A stretch of DNA of 35,088 nt, taken from Nanobdellota archaeon (GTDB lineage: Archaea; Nanobdellota; Nanobdellia; Woesearchaeales; JAHIVG01). Below, in pieces: positions 16,047 to 25,040 of this stretch (its first letter is position 1; each line of letters starts with the position of its first letter). The translations under genes and the position numbers were made by a program. The stretch lies in contig JBDRLS010000037.1 of the NCBI GenBank assembly GCA_043812875.1, forward strand, positions 1 through 35,088, in the 5' to 3' direction. The notes under the pieces were generated by a model. That model had not been told where the DNA came from and ran no database searches. It worked only from the letters and a program-made list of their open reading frames with translations.

Positions 16047-17254
16047 CCTTTTATAATCCCATACCCAATGAGCCTAAATCGGTCGCCGATCCTCCTCGAG
16101 ATGGTAATACGGGCACCGTCCTCAGCACAGATCGGGAGTTTTAATGATATTGAGACGGCACCTTTGCTCAGTTCACTTACAATGCCGACTGTCGCGGCGC
16201 TGTTCACATTCAGCATGAGCGCCTCTCCTTTCTTCAGCGCTTCCACGACAAGATCTTCCTTGGACCCGACGACGCGTTCAAGAAGATGCACCTCCAGGAT
16301 GATCGCGTCCCAGACAGGAGGGAGCTTGCCGGGGATGCCGACAAGATTACCAGCGATGCTGTCTGACTTCACAATGCTCGGATCAAGCTGGGTGAGGATC
16401 CCCATAGAGCCTCCAGGCCCGATCTCATTTACAGAGTCTCCTCCTGTCATGATCGCTTGAATCGTGGTTTTAATAGGTTTCCAGACCCGTTGGTTTTTCT
16501 CGGTGACGATCCTTCCGGGCCGGATCTCGATTTCCTGGCCGACCTTGAATTTCCCTTGTTTCAGCGAGCCTCCAAGAACTCCGCCGACGATGCAGTCTAT
16601 CTCTGTGCCTGGCCGATTCGTGTCAAAGGATCGGGCGACGAGCATGATAGGGTCTTTCTTGGCATCCCGCTTAGGGGTCGGAACGACCTCCTCGATGGTT
16701 TGAAGGAGAACGTCGATGTTTGCATTATGCTGGGCAGAGATGGGGATGATGGATGCAGTCTCATAGGGTGTTCCCTTGAGAAATGCCTTGATCTCTTGAT
16801 GGTTTCTTTTAGCAGATTCTTTGGTTACGGTGTCGATCTTGTTCTGGACCACGATGACCTTCTCGATGCCAATGATCTGCAATGCCATCAGATGCTCACG
16901 CGTCTGCGGCTGCGGGCAGCTTTCATTCGCTGCAATGAGAAGCAATGCGCCATCCATCAAGGTGGCTCCGGAGAGCATGGTCGCCATGAGGCTTTCGTGC
17001 CCAGGAGCGTCGACAAAGCTGATCTTCCTCTTCAGCACTCCCTTGGCGCCGGAAGGGCATGTCTCTGATGTCGAATAGGTTTTGTCCTTCTTACAATCAT
17101 AGATGGTCGCATCGGCATAACCGAGGCGTATCGTGATTCCTCGCCTGATCTCTTCAGAATGAGTATCTGTCCACTTGCCAGAGAGTGCCTTCACCAGGGT
17201 GGTCTTCCCATGGTCGACATGGCCAACCAGGCCGATGTTGCACTCGGATTGCAT
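16043..17254 (-). CDS. eif2g: Translation initiation factor aIF2 gamma subunit
   Basis: 403 aa with NIGLVGHVDHGKTTL, DAPGHE and VQNKID. The start shares one nt with the rps6e stop (TAATG). Confidence 0.95.
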   Translation of the reverse strand: MQSECNIGLVGHVDHGKTTLVKALSGKWTDTHSEEIRRGITIRLGYADATIYDCKKDKTYSTSETCPSGAKGVLKRKISFVDAPGHESLMATMLSGATLMDGALLLIAANESCPQPQTREHLMALQIIGIEKVIVVQNKIDTVTKESAKRNHQEIKAFLKGTPYETASIIPISAQHNANIDVLLQTIEEVVPTPKRDAKKDPIMLVARSFDTNRPGTEIDCIVGGVLGGSLKQGKFKVGQEIEIRPGRIVTEKNQRVWKPIKTTIQAIMTGGDSVNEIGPGGSMGILTQLDPSIVKSDSIAGNLVGIPGKLPPVWDAIILEVHLLERVVGSKEDLVVEALKKGEALMLNVNSAATVGIVSELSKGAVSISLKLPICAEDGARITISRRIGDRFRLIGYGIIKG

Positions 17255-17751
17255 TACTTGGCCTCCGCAGCCTCGGCTATTGGCTTGTCTGGAGTCTCTT
17301 TCTTCTCTTCCCTGGATTGTCTTGAGGGTTTGTCTTCCTTCCCAGGCTGCTTTCCTTCCTTAGCATCGGCCTTGTCTTCAGCAGGCGCAGCGAAAAGCGC
17401 TTCCTTGCCTTGTTTAGAGATGGTTAAATTGATCTGCGCTGTTTTCTCGAATATCGTGTTTCCCGCGACGTTCTTGCGCTGTTTCTGGCCGTGACCGTGT
17501 TTCTTCATGCCGACGCCTTCCACTGCAAAGATGCGCTTGCGCAGCGTTCCCTTGAGGTCTGCGCGCATGGGAAATCCTGCTGAATCAGAGCCGCCAGTGA
17601 TAGTGAATTCATATCCCGCGAGGCCAAAGAGTTCCCCTTTGATGGTTTCGCCGATCTTCTTGCCGAAAAAGGGCCGGGTTTCGTCATCCTTGAGCTCTCG
17701 CTGTACAGATTTTCCAGATTTGTCATTCATGATGATTTTGAAGCTTGCCAT
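17254..17751 (-). CDS. rps6e: 30S ribosomal protein S6e with a Lys/Glu/Ala-rich C-terminal extension
   Basis: 165 aa with FKIIMNDKSGKS, ITGGSDSAGFPMRADL and QRKNVAGNTI. There is an extra charged tail of about 35 aa. Confidence 0.9.
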   Translation of the reverse strand: MASFKIIMNDKSGKSVQRELKDDETRPFFGKKIGETIKGELFGLAGYEFTITGGSDSAGFPMRADLKGTLRKRIFAVEGVGMKKHGHGQKQRKNVAGNTIFEKTAQINLTISKQGKEALFAAPAEDKADAKEGKQPGKEDKPSRQSREEKKETPDKPIAEAAEAK

Positions 17752-17774
17752 AGTGAAGAGCAGGATTTGCGGGG

Positions 17775-17785
17775 TATTTATAAAT
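17775..17785 (-). promoter_or_regulatory. TATA box for the rps6e-eif2g operon (leaderless arrangement)
   Basis: The minus strand reads atttataaata, centred about 29 nt upstream of the ATG at 17751. Confidence 0.5.
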
Positions 17786-18011
17786 GTTGCGCAAGGCGAA
17801 GTCCAAAACCCACAGATAAAATTCGTTATTACCCGAAATGCGCGTTATTCAGTGAGGATGCATAATTGAAATTGGGTGTAAAAGGTCACCCATCTGAAAA
17901 AAGCATCACTCGGATATATTTTTCCTTGATGTCATAAGGGACGACTTCATCTGCTCGTTCCACTCTTATTAAACAATATACGATATCCCAACTAACTTCT
18001 CCTGGATATTT

Positions 18012-18173
18012 TTAATCGATAGCCGCACGAAGAGGTTCAAAGACTGCGTCCCAATCATGATTATCTCCAAAAAGATTGCAGTTCATTTTACATACTCTTG
18101 TTGATTCAACTACCTGAGCTAAGGTCAGATCTTTACATTTACTTACTAATTGAGCCACCAAGTCTTCATCCAT
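18012..18173 (-). CDS. Possible small ORF, 53 aa (below the ORF-track cutoff)
   Basis: My translation: MDEDLVAQLVSKCKDLTLAQVVESTRVCKMNCNLFGDNHDWDAVFEPLRAAID*. A TATA-like catttaaaaac lies about 30 nt upstream. I recognise no family, so this is weak. Confidence 0.25.
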   Translation of the reverse strand: MDEDLVAQLVSKCKDLTLAQVVESTRVCKMNCNLFGDNHDWDAVFEPLRAAID

Positions 18174-18324
18174 TTTACTTGGGAAGGATTATTAAGTTTT
18201 TAAATGAAAAGGTTGCAAACTCCCTCGTCTTAGAAAAAATGACTAAAAAAGGCCTAGGGACTTATCATGAGCGGCCTAGATATTAAAAGTATAGATTATT
18301 AAAGCCCCCTCTACTTATAAGCCC

Positions 18325-19389
18325 ATGCACCCATTCCAGACCATACCAGTCATTGAAAAGCCGGACACTATCCTCGATATCGCGTTTTCCAAGACGAAAA
18401 AGAAAACAACAGTCCATCCTAGGAATTGGGACCATTTCCAACGGAAACAGGCTGATACATTGCAGAAGATCACTGTAGTCAGAGATGACCTCGCCATCAA
18501 ATTCACGCACTTGCTCAAAGCCTTCCCCTCTTTCAATACCCTGCCTCTCCACTATCAGAAGCTCGCAGAGCTCACCTTAGACCTCGGAGAGGTGAAGCAC
18601 GCACTCGGGGCATTGAATTGGGCAGTGAAGCAGATCAATGATGTCTCCGAGAAACTGGCCAATGATGTCAGGAGGACGAGATCATTGGAAAAGCTATCCC
18701 AGCTGCAGCGCGCTTTCTTCGGCAGAGTGTCAAATATCGTCAAGAAGGTGAAGATCGAACTCGGTGATCTCGAGGCAGCAAGAAAGATCATCAAGAGCTA
18801 TCCCCTCTTCAAAGAGCAGTTTACCGTGTGCATCGTCGGCTTCCCCAATGTAGGGAAATCAACGCTCCTTGGCAAGTTGACGACTGCAAAGCCAGAGATC
18901 GATGATTATGCGTTCACTACGAGATCGCTGAATCTCGGCTATGGCCCTGAGATCCAATATGTCGACACCCCGGGGACTTTATCAAGATTAGAGAAGATGA
19001 ATCCTGTCGAGAAGCAAGCGTTCATCGCCATGAAATATCTCGCTGATGCATTCATCTCTGTCATCGACCTCACAGAACTCTACCCCCTTAAAGACCAGAT
19101 GATGCTCCATAAAAACATCTTAGCATACGGGAAACCGACAATCATCTATCTGAGCAAGACTGATATGCTGACAAAAGAGATGATCAGGGAATTCCACACG
19201 GATGAGGCAATCATATATGATATCGATGGATTGAAGGACGCCATGAAAACTCTCCGGAATAAGACGTCTGAGTATCAACTCCAGAAGCAGCCAGCGTATG
19301 TGGTCACGCCTCATCAACGGAAGGCCTCACAAATAAAGCGATCAGCACCTCCTCCGTCAAAGCGAAGGCGCAGGAACAACAAGCCTTAA
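18325..19389 (+). CDS. NOG1-family GTPase (Obg class)
   Basis: 354 aa. An N-terminal NOG1-type helical region is followed by [13 protein letters not shown] (G1), AFTTRS (G2), VDTPG (G3) and LSKTD (G4). The C-terminal tail [16 protein letters not shown] is basic. Confidence 0.8.
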   Translation: MHPFQTIPVIEKPDTILDIAFSKTKKKTTVHPRNWDHFQRKQADTLQKITVVRDDLAIKFTHLLKAFPSFNTLPLHYQKLAELTLDLGEVKHALGALNWAVKQINDVSEKLANDVRRTRSLEKLSQLQRAFFGRVSNIVKKVKIELGDLEAARKIIKSYPLFKEQFTVCIVGFPNVGKSTLLGKLTTAKPEIDDYAFTTRSLNLGYGPEIQYVDTPGTLSRLEKMNPVEKQAFIAMKYLADAFISVIDLTELYPLKDQMMLHKNILAYGKPTIIYLSKTDMLTKEMIREFHTDEAIIYDIDGLKDAMKTLRNKTSEYQLQKQPAYVVTPHQRKASQIKRSAPPPSKRRRRNNKP

Positions 19390-19414
19390 AAACGCATTCT
19401 TCTCACCACCATCC

Positions 19415-20602
19415 ATGTTGATAGGAATTGTCGGCAAGCCGAGCTGCGGGAAATCTACCTTCTTCAAAGCAGCGACGCTGGCAGAGGTGGAGACAGCGAA
19501 TTATCCCTTCACCACGATAAAGCCGAACCATGCTGTGGGCTATGTCAGGGTGAAATGCGCTGAAACCTTCTTCAATGTCAAATGCAACCCTCGAGTCGGC
19601 TTTTGTCTCAGCGGAGAACGCTTCGTCCCAATAGACCTTCTCGACGTCGCTGGTCTTGTCCCGAATGCGCACAAGGGAGAGGGAAAAGGCCTTGAGTTCC
19701 TCAATGACCTCAACCAAGCAGATGCATTGATCCATGTCATCGACGCCTCTGGAAGCACAGATGTCAAGGGGAATCCAGTTGATGCATTGAGTTATGATCC
19801 GGTCAACGACATCAAATTCCTCGAGCACGAACTCGATCATTGGTATCTTGGAATCTTAAGGAAGGGATGGGACCGTCTTGCGAGGCAGATCCAGAGCGAG
19901 AAGGCTGAGCCATGGAAAGTCTTGGCAAAGCAGCTCTCGGGGTTGGGTGCTGATGAAAACCTCTGCAAGGCAGCCATTGACATATGTGCTCTCGACCCAG
20001 GAAAGCCATCCAACTGGACAGAGGAACAGCTGTTTAATCTCGCAGCCTACCTCCGCGCCAAGACTAAACCCATGATCATCGCAGCGAACAAGGCAGATAT
20101 CCCCGGCGCGGAGAAGAATGTCAGACGGCTCAAGGAAGCGTTCCCTGATCATAGAATCATCGGATGCTCTGCTGAGGCTGAGTTCGCGCTTCGCGCAGCA
20201 GCGAAGAAAGGAGCTATCGACTACATCCCAGGTGAGAAGACATTCTCTATCAAGAGAGAGCTCAACGACAGGCAGAAACACGCCCTTGACTTCATCAAGG
20301 CCTTCATGGAAAAGGAGGGGACTGGAATACAGCAAGTGCTCAACGCTGCTGTCTTCGACATCCTCAAGTACATGCCTATCTTCCCCGGCGGCATGAACAA
20401 GCTCGCTGACAAGGACGGCAATGTCCTGCCTGACTGTTTCTTGATACCGGAGGGAAGCACAGCATTGGATTTTGCCTATCGCATCCATACTGATCTCGGC
20501 AAAGGCTTCATCCGCGCCATTGATGTCAAGAAGAAGCAGACTGTGGGCAAGGACTACACGCTTCATTCTGGAGATGTCATCGAGATCATCTCTGATAAAT
20601 GA
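19415..20602 (+). CDS. Obg-family GTPase/ATPase, YchF/OLA1-related, with a C-terminal TGS-like domain
   Basis: 395 aa with IGIVGKPSCGKSTFF (G1), YPFTTIKPN (G2), LDVAGL (G3), ANKAD (G4), and C-terminal ...GKDYTLHSGDVIEII. Confidence 0.8.
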   Translation: MLIGIVGKPSCGKSTFFKAATLAEVETANYPFTTIKPNHAVGYVRVKCAETFFNVKCNPRVGFCLSGERFVPIDLLDVAGLVPNAHKGEGKGLEFLNDLNQADALIHVIDASGSTDVKGNPVDALSYDPVNDIKFLEHELDHWYLGILRKGWDRLARQIQSEKAEPWKVLAKQLSGLGADENLCKAAIDICALDPGKPSNWTEEQLFNLAAYLRAKTKPMIIAANKADIPGAEKNVRRLKEAFPDHRIIGCSAEAEFALRAAAKKGAIDYIPGEKTFSIKRELNDRQKHALDFIKAFMEKEGTGIQQVLNAAVFDILKYMPIFPGGMNKLADKDGNVLPDCFLIPEGSTALDFAYRIHTDLGKGFIRAIDVKKKQTVGKDYTLHSGDVIEIISDK

Positions 20603-20618
20603 GCAGGCATACAATAGG

Positions 20619-21194
20619 TCAATTATTCAGAGGTCCACGATGACCGGGGTAAATGTCTGTTACATCAAGACTGTCCAGACGGCGGAAGGATTCCTTAGCT
20701 TGCTCATGAGAACTATTGAGATACCACGGCGCCCAGACTTTCTTCCCCCTTTTTATCTGTAATGCATCGCCTGGGAAAAGGATACTCTCTTTATAAAAAT
20801 AGAATGCCAGTTGGTTGGGGGAATGACCAGGGACGTAGAGGACCTTGCAGCCGCCCCATATCTCAAGCTCATCTCCTTCATTAAGAGGGATATATTCATC
20901 AGGGATCGGCGCTTCGAGGTGTTTGAGTATGCCTTGCCGCTTGGAGTTGTGCGCATAGACACGGGCGCCAGTCATTTTCGCCAATTCATCTACAGCCCCT
21001 GCATGATCCCTGTCACGGTGGGTAAGGAAGATGTCTAGAAGTTCTGGATTTCCCGCTTCTTTCAGAAGATCAATATATTGGTTGATGTGTTTTCGGTATC
21101 CGACATCGATAGCAGCTGCTCGGTTTCCATCCACAAGCAAATATGCACAACAGCCGGTATGGGTATAGAATAGATTCTCACGTAGTTGCATCAA
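20619..21194 (-). CDS. MBL-fold metallo-hydrolase (variant metal motif)
   Basis: 191 aa. Has AAIDVG, IFLTHRDRDHAGA (an HxDxDH variant of HxHxDH), YVPGHSP, and a late GD/GH pair. Confidence 0.75.
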   Translation of the reverse strand: MMQLRENLFYTHTGCCAYLLVDGNRAAAIDVGYRKHINQYIDLLKEAGNPELLDIFLTHRDRDHAGAVDELAKMTGARVYAHNSKRQGILKHLEAPIPDEYIPLNEGDELEIWGGCKVLYVPGHSPNQLAFYFYKESILFPGDALQIKRGKKVWAPWYLNSSHEQAKESFRRLDSLDVTDIYPGHRGPLNN

Positions 21195-21222
21195 AGAAGG
21201 AGGAATATACTCCTATAAAAAT

Positions 21223-21444
21223 TTATTTCAGCACTTCGTATTCTCTGACAATGATGATCATGAAGATGATCAGCACAAGCGCGCCGCCGACGATGAATGA
21301 CAGTCCGCGAGAGAATGGGTTGACGTCCGCTGTGGCCATGACAAAAAGGCCGTAGGCCATCACACCGAAGCCCAGCCAGAGAAACTTGTCGAGCACGAGC
21401 TTCATGATCTCAAACTCTTCCTGCTGGGTGAGGCGCTTTTTCAT
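21223..21444 (-). CDS. Small two-TM membrane protein (hypothetical)
   Basis: 73 aa. The start ATG overlaps the stop of the upstream pilin-like gene (ATGA at 21441-21444). Confidence 0.5.
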   Translation of the reverse strand: MKKRLTQQEEFEIMKLVLDKFLWLGFGVMAYGLFVMATADVNPFSRGLSFIVGGALVLIIFMIIIVREYEVLK

Positions 21445-21998
21445 CCCGTGACCTCCATTGTAATATCAGGCCAAAAAGAAGTTAATTTATCAATAGTTCC
21501 ATCGGTGACTTTCATCTGACAAAGGTACTTTCCATTTACCGCAGTACTAGGAATAGTGAAAACGAGATTATACTGGGTTCTTTCTCCAGGTTGTATCGTC
21601 TTTGGATTGCTAATTTGATTTTCTGACGAAATTGAAAAAGCGGCATCAATCGCGCCAGTGCATGTAGTAATTTCGGGATAAAAACCAGTTAATGGAGTTA
21701 CTTCAGTATTATAAACACCAACCTTCATGACCTGGTCCTCCCCTGCAATAATGATTTTGTATTCGTTGGAAACAGTGATAGGATGAGAAGAATCTGCTCG
21801 AGGAGCATCTGCTTCCTGAGCGATCATTTGCTCGACATTTTGACTTACCTTCCCGAACATCCCTTTGATGAATCCCAAACCCAAACCAAGCATGGTGATA
21901 GCCATGATAAGAACAACAATCGCATTAATAGAGAGACTTAAGCTTCCCCGCTTCGGAGCTTTTCTTTGGCCTCCTTTGAATAGACTCATCAGCTTCAC
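21441..21998 (-). CDS. Archaeal type IV pilin-like protein (class III signal peptide)
   Basis: 185 aa. The N-terminus ...APKRG/SLSLSINAIVVLIMAITMLGLGLGF is followed by a beta-rich domain. The shared C-terminal motif TAVNGKY matches TAVSGTY in the paralog at 25493..26065. Confidence 0.6.
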   Translation of the reverse strand: MKLMSLFKGGQRKAPKRGSLSLSINAIVVLIMAITMLGLGLGFIKGMFGKVSQNVEQMIAQEADAPRADSSHPITVSNEYKIIIAGEDQVMKVGVYNTEVTPLTGFYPEITTCTGAIDAAFSISSENQISNPKTIQPGERTQYNLVFTIPSTAVNGKYLCQMKVTDGTIDKLTSFWPDITMEVTG

Positions 21999-22227
21999 CT
22001 CTTTTTTGAACAGTCAATATGAATACGTTTTCTTTCGTTCTTCAACTTTATAAACCTTTCGAATCGAGATACCTGATAACATGGACCACTAAGTTTAGGA
22101 TTATAGGATAATTCAACCGAAACACCCATACTTCTCCATATTTCACTTGGACAATATTTAAATACTAGTTTATAGTACAGTATCTTAGTATACAAAAATG
22201 TACTACAAACAATAACGAAGCCAGCCA

Positions 22228-23934
22228 ATGGAAAACCTAGTACTGACCATAGTCGCATACTGCATCTTCACCATAATAGGAGGCATCATAGCGACGAAGT
22301 TCAAACAGCCGAGCATCATGGGCCTTCTTTTGATGGGCCTCCTCATCGGGCCTCATGCCTTGAACATCGCGGGAGACCACTCAGTAACTGATTTCATGAT
22401 CGAGATCGGGGCAGTCCTTCTCTTGTTCCTTATCGGCTTGGAATTCTCGATAAGCCGGTTAAGGAAAGTAGGCTTCAAAGCAGGGGTCATAGGCCTTGTA
22501 AAGGTGGGCATTGTCATCTTCCTGACATTCCAAATCAGCTTGCTCCTCGGCTTCGACATCGCAACAAGCCTCATCCTGGGGGTCATCCTCTCCTTCAGCT
22601 CGACTGTTGTCATCATCAAAGTCTTAGAGCAAAAGGCCATGATCCATAGGAAAGAGATCCCCCTGCTCGTCGCCGCCCTCATAGTGGAAGACATCATCGT
22701 CGTCTTCCTCCTCGCGTTCTTCTCTACATTGGGTGAGGGGGCTGTCGCAGGCATGCAGACAGCTGTCTTCGGACTCGCGGTCCTCAGCATAGTCTACTGG
22801 ATCCTCTCAAAAACACTCAAAAAGATTGTGACATGGACCCTTAAGAACAGCACTGATGACATCACCCCCTATCTGGCCCTCGGCCTTTGCGGGGCACTCA
22901 GCTACGGAGCCTACTTGCTCCACCTTTCCCCGACTATCGGCGCATTCTTGGCAGGCAGCGTCATTGCTTCTCTGCCTCAGAATAAAAGCTTTATTCGGGC
23001 AACTACACCGTACGTCATGATGGCGACCAGCCTATTCTTCATCGCCATGGGTACATTGGTAAATATTGAGACTGTTGTAGAGAACGCCTGGTTGATACTG
23101 GGCTTATTGGCCGGCGTTTTGATCGTGCGTTATGTGGCAATCTCAGTGATTACCAGTGTTGTCGCCAATTTCCGCTCGGAACAGGCCGCGTTCTTCAGCG
23201 TGGCCATGTTTTCCGTCGGTGAATTTTCATTGCTCATCGCGCGCCAGGCATCTTCCTTGACCAGTCTTGATGTCATCTCCATTGCCGCGGCCATCGTCTT
23301 CATCTCCTCATTCCTGATGATCTTCTTCATCCCAGAATCAAACAGGTTCTCACATCTGATCATCATGCCTCAAAGGTATCAGAAGAGACTGTATCATCTC
23401 TCAGGCACCGTCAAGTCCCTGCTGGAAGGCTTAGACACGGACAGCAGGGCATCCACTCTATTCAAGCGCCGCAGCGCTGAAGCAATCCGCTTCGGCATCG
23501 GTGCAATCCTGGTCGGGGCACTGGTGCCCTTAGGCCTCCAATGGGAGCGAATCCCTGCCTTGGCGCGAATCATCGGCTACTGCCTGGCTGGCTTCGTCGT
23601 AGCCGCACTCCTTGTCAAGGCAGGAAAACGCTCCAAGGAAGCATTCGAATATTTGGTGAATATATACACCAGCATCGAGGTGACAAGGCAGCCCCATCAA
23701 GCAAGACATATCTTATTAAGACTCATATCAGGAGCCATCTTCTTTGCTTTGGCCATCTACAGCCCGTTCCTCCTCTTCACTCTTGAACTGCCTATATGGA
23801 GCCTGGCTACAGGCTATATCCTCATCTTTATCTCAGCCAGCCTGGTAAGAAAGGTGACTGGCAAAATGAAAGTAGGCATCACCACAATCCCGAAACAGCG
23901 TTATTTTGATCGGATCAAAGCAAAACCTTTTTAA
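22228..23934 (+). CDS. Cation:proton antiporter (CPA2/Kef-type Na+/H+ exchanger family) with an extra C-terminal membrane region
   Basis: 568 aa. The N-terminal about 380 aa has the typical Na_H_exchanger layout (KQPSIMGLLLMGLLIGPHALNI, GLEFS, VIIKVL). A further about 180-aa region with 4-5 helices is unassigned. Confidence 0.8.
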   Translation: MENLVLTIVAYCIFTIIGGIIATKFKQPSIMGLLLMGLLIGPHALNIAGDHSVTDFMIEIGAVLLLFLIGLEFSISRLRKVGFKAGVIGLVKVGIVIFLTFQISLLLGFDIATSLILGVILSFSSTVVIIKVLEQKAMIHRKEIPLLVAALIVEDIIVVFLLAFFSTLGEGAVAGMQTAVFGLAVLSIVYWILSKTLKKIVTWTLKNSTDDITPYLALGLCGALSYGAYLLHLSPTIGAFLAGSVIASLPQNKSFIRATTPYVMMATSLFFIAMGTLVNIETVVENAWLILGLLAGVLIVRYVAISVITSVVANFRSEQAAFFSVAMFSVGEFSLLIARQASSLTSLDVISIAAAIVFISSFLMIFFIPESNRFSHLIIMPQRYQKRLYHLSGTVKSLLEGLDTDSRASTLFKRRSAEAIRFGIGAILVGALVPLGLQWERIPALARIIGYCLAGFVVAALLVKAGKRSKEAFEYLVNIYTSIEVTRQPHQARHILLRLISGAIFFALAIYSPFLLFTLELPIWSLATGYILIFISASLVRKVTGKMKVGITTIPKQRYFDRIKAKPF

Positions 23935-23936
23935 AT
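23928..23936 (+). promoter_or_regulatory. TATA box for rpl10e (leaderless arrangement)
   Basis: tttttaaat is centred about 26 nt upstream of the ATG at 23958 and overlaps the antiporter stop codon. Confidence 0.45.
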
Positions 23937-23957
23937 GGCTGATTTTTCTCCTCGGCT

Positions 23958-24482
23958 ATGGCACGATTACGAAAGTTTTGCGCATATCGGACTGTCGAAC
24001 GACCTTATACAAGGATATCCAAATATAGGAAAAAAAGCTACATCCGAGCCAATCCCAATATCAAGATCGTCCGCTTCGACATGGGAGCAAGCACCAAGGA
24101 GTTTGAGTATGATCTTGACCTGCAGGTCAAAACAAAGACCCAGATAAGGCAGAACGCCATCGAGTCAGGGAGGCAGACTTCCAACAGGGTCCTTGAAAAG
24201 AACATGGGAAAGAGCGACTTCCACTTCAAGATCAGGATCTATCCATTCCATATTCTCAGAGAGAATCCGCTCGCAGCAGGAGCAGGCGCAGACCGTATGA
24301 GCACAGGAATGAAGAAGAGCTTCGGAAAAGCCATCGGCATGGCGGCCCAGGTCAAGAAAGACCAGACCATCGCGACGATCCGCTTGAACAAAGCAAACCT
24401 CAAGTTCGGAAAGGACGCTCTCAGAAGGTTCGCATCGAAGATGCCCGTCGGCTGCAGGACTGTTGTGCATGAAGCAAAATAG
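23958..24482 (+). CDS. rpl10e: 50S ribosomal protein L10e (uL16)
   Basis: 174 aa. ARLRKFCAYRTVERPYTRISKYRKKSYIRANP...RFDMG is the canonical L10e N-terminus. Confidence 0.95.
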   Translation: MARLRKFCAYRTVERPYTRISKYRKKSYIRANPNIKIVRFDMGASTKEFEYDLDLQVKTKTQIRQNAIESGRQTSNRVLEKNMGKSDFHFKIRIYPFHILRENPLAAGAGADRMSTGMKKSFGKAIGMAAQVKKDQTIATIRLNKANLKFGKDALRRFASKMPVGCRTVVHEAK

Positions 24483-24516
24483 GAACTTTTTTATCTCTCA
24501 AGCCATCCCCTATTCC

Positions 24517-24939
24517 ATGAATACCATAATATCTGAGGTCCCTCTTGAAACAATTGCTCGACAGCTCGGCCTCGACTATACACTAATGCAAAAAGCATTT
24601 GTCTCCCACGCAGCCGCTCTCAGGGAAGAAACAGAAGGGGAGTTCCCTCCACATCCCAGCATTGAAAGATGTATTGTCGGCGTAAGTAAACAACATGAAG
24701 GGGGTTTTATTCTCGTCCATCATACCCTGTTTGGAAACGAAAAAATTGAGGTCTATGATCAGGATGATCCTCAAGGACTCCCAGTCACTTTAGAACACGA
24801 AAATGATCGATATCAGCTGTACGAAAACAATCATAGGGGATGTGCGGTTGACGAAGCTGAAGCAATCTTGACCACTATAAATTCAAACAAACCTTGGTAT
24901 CGACGCCGCCCGAGTTTCTTCCCAAGAAAAGGTTGGTAA
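24517..24939 (+). CDS. Hypothetical protein, tandem paralog 1
   Basis: I trimmed the tracked ORF (24463) to the ATG at 24517 (MNTIISEVPLE...) to avoid overlapping rpl10e. It shares PLE(T/I)(I/L)A(R/Q)(Q/E)L at the N-terminus and (D/E)(E/D)A(E/P)AIL near the C-terminus with the next gene. Confidence 0.5.
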   Translation: MNTIISEVPLETIARQLGLDYTLMQKAFVSHAAALREETEGEFPPHPSIERCIVGVSKQHEGGFILVHHTLFGNEKIEVYDQDDPQGLPVTLEHENDRYQLYENNHRGCAVDEAEAILTTINSNKPWYRRRPSFFPRKGW

Positions 24940-25009
24940 CTAACACAGATAATTGTCTTTTATAAAACTCAATTACAAAAACTCGCCAGGCTAGATTTTC
25001 AATAACAAG

Positions 25010-25019
25010 TTTTATATTT
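25010..25019 (+). promoter_or_regulatory. TATA box for paralog 2
   Basis: ttttatattt is centred about 26 nt upstream of the TTG start at 25041. Confidence 0.4.
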
Positions 25020-25040
25020 CTCAACACATCCCCTGGTTGA

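Noticed and set aside
21995-22258. 87-aa minus-strand ORF between the pilin-like gene and the antiporter.
   Set aside because: It spans the AT-rich divergent promoter region and overlaps both flanking gene starts. Its composition looks non-coding.
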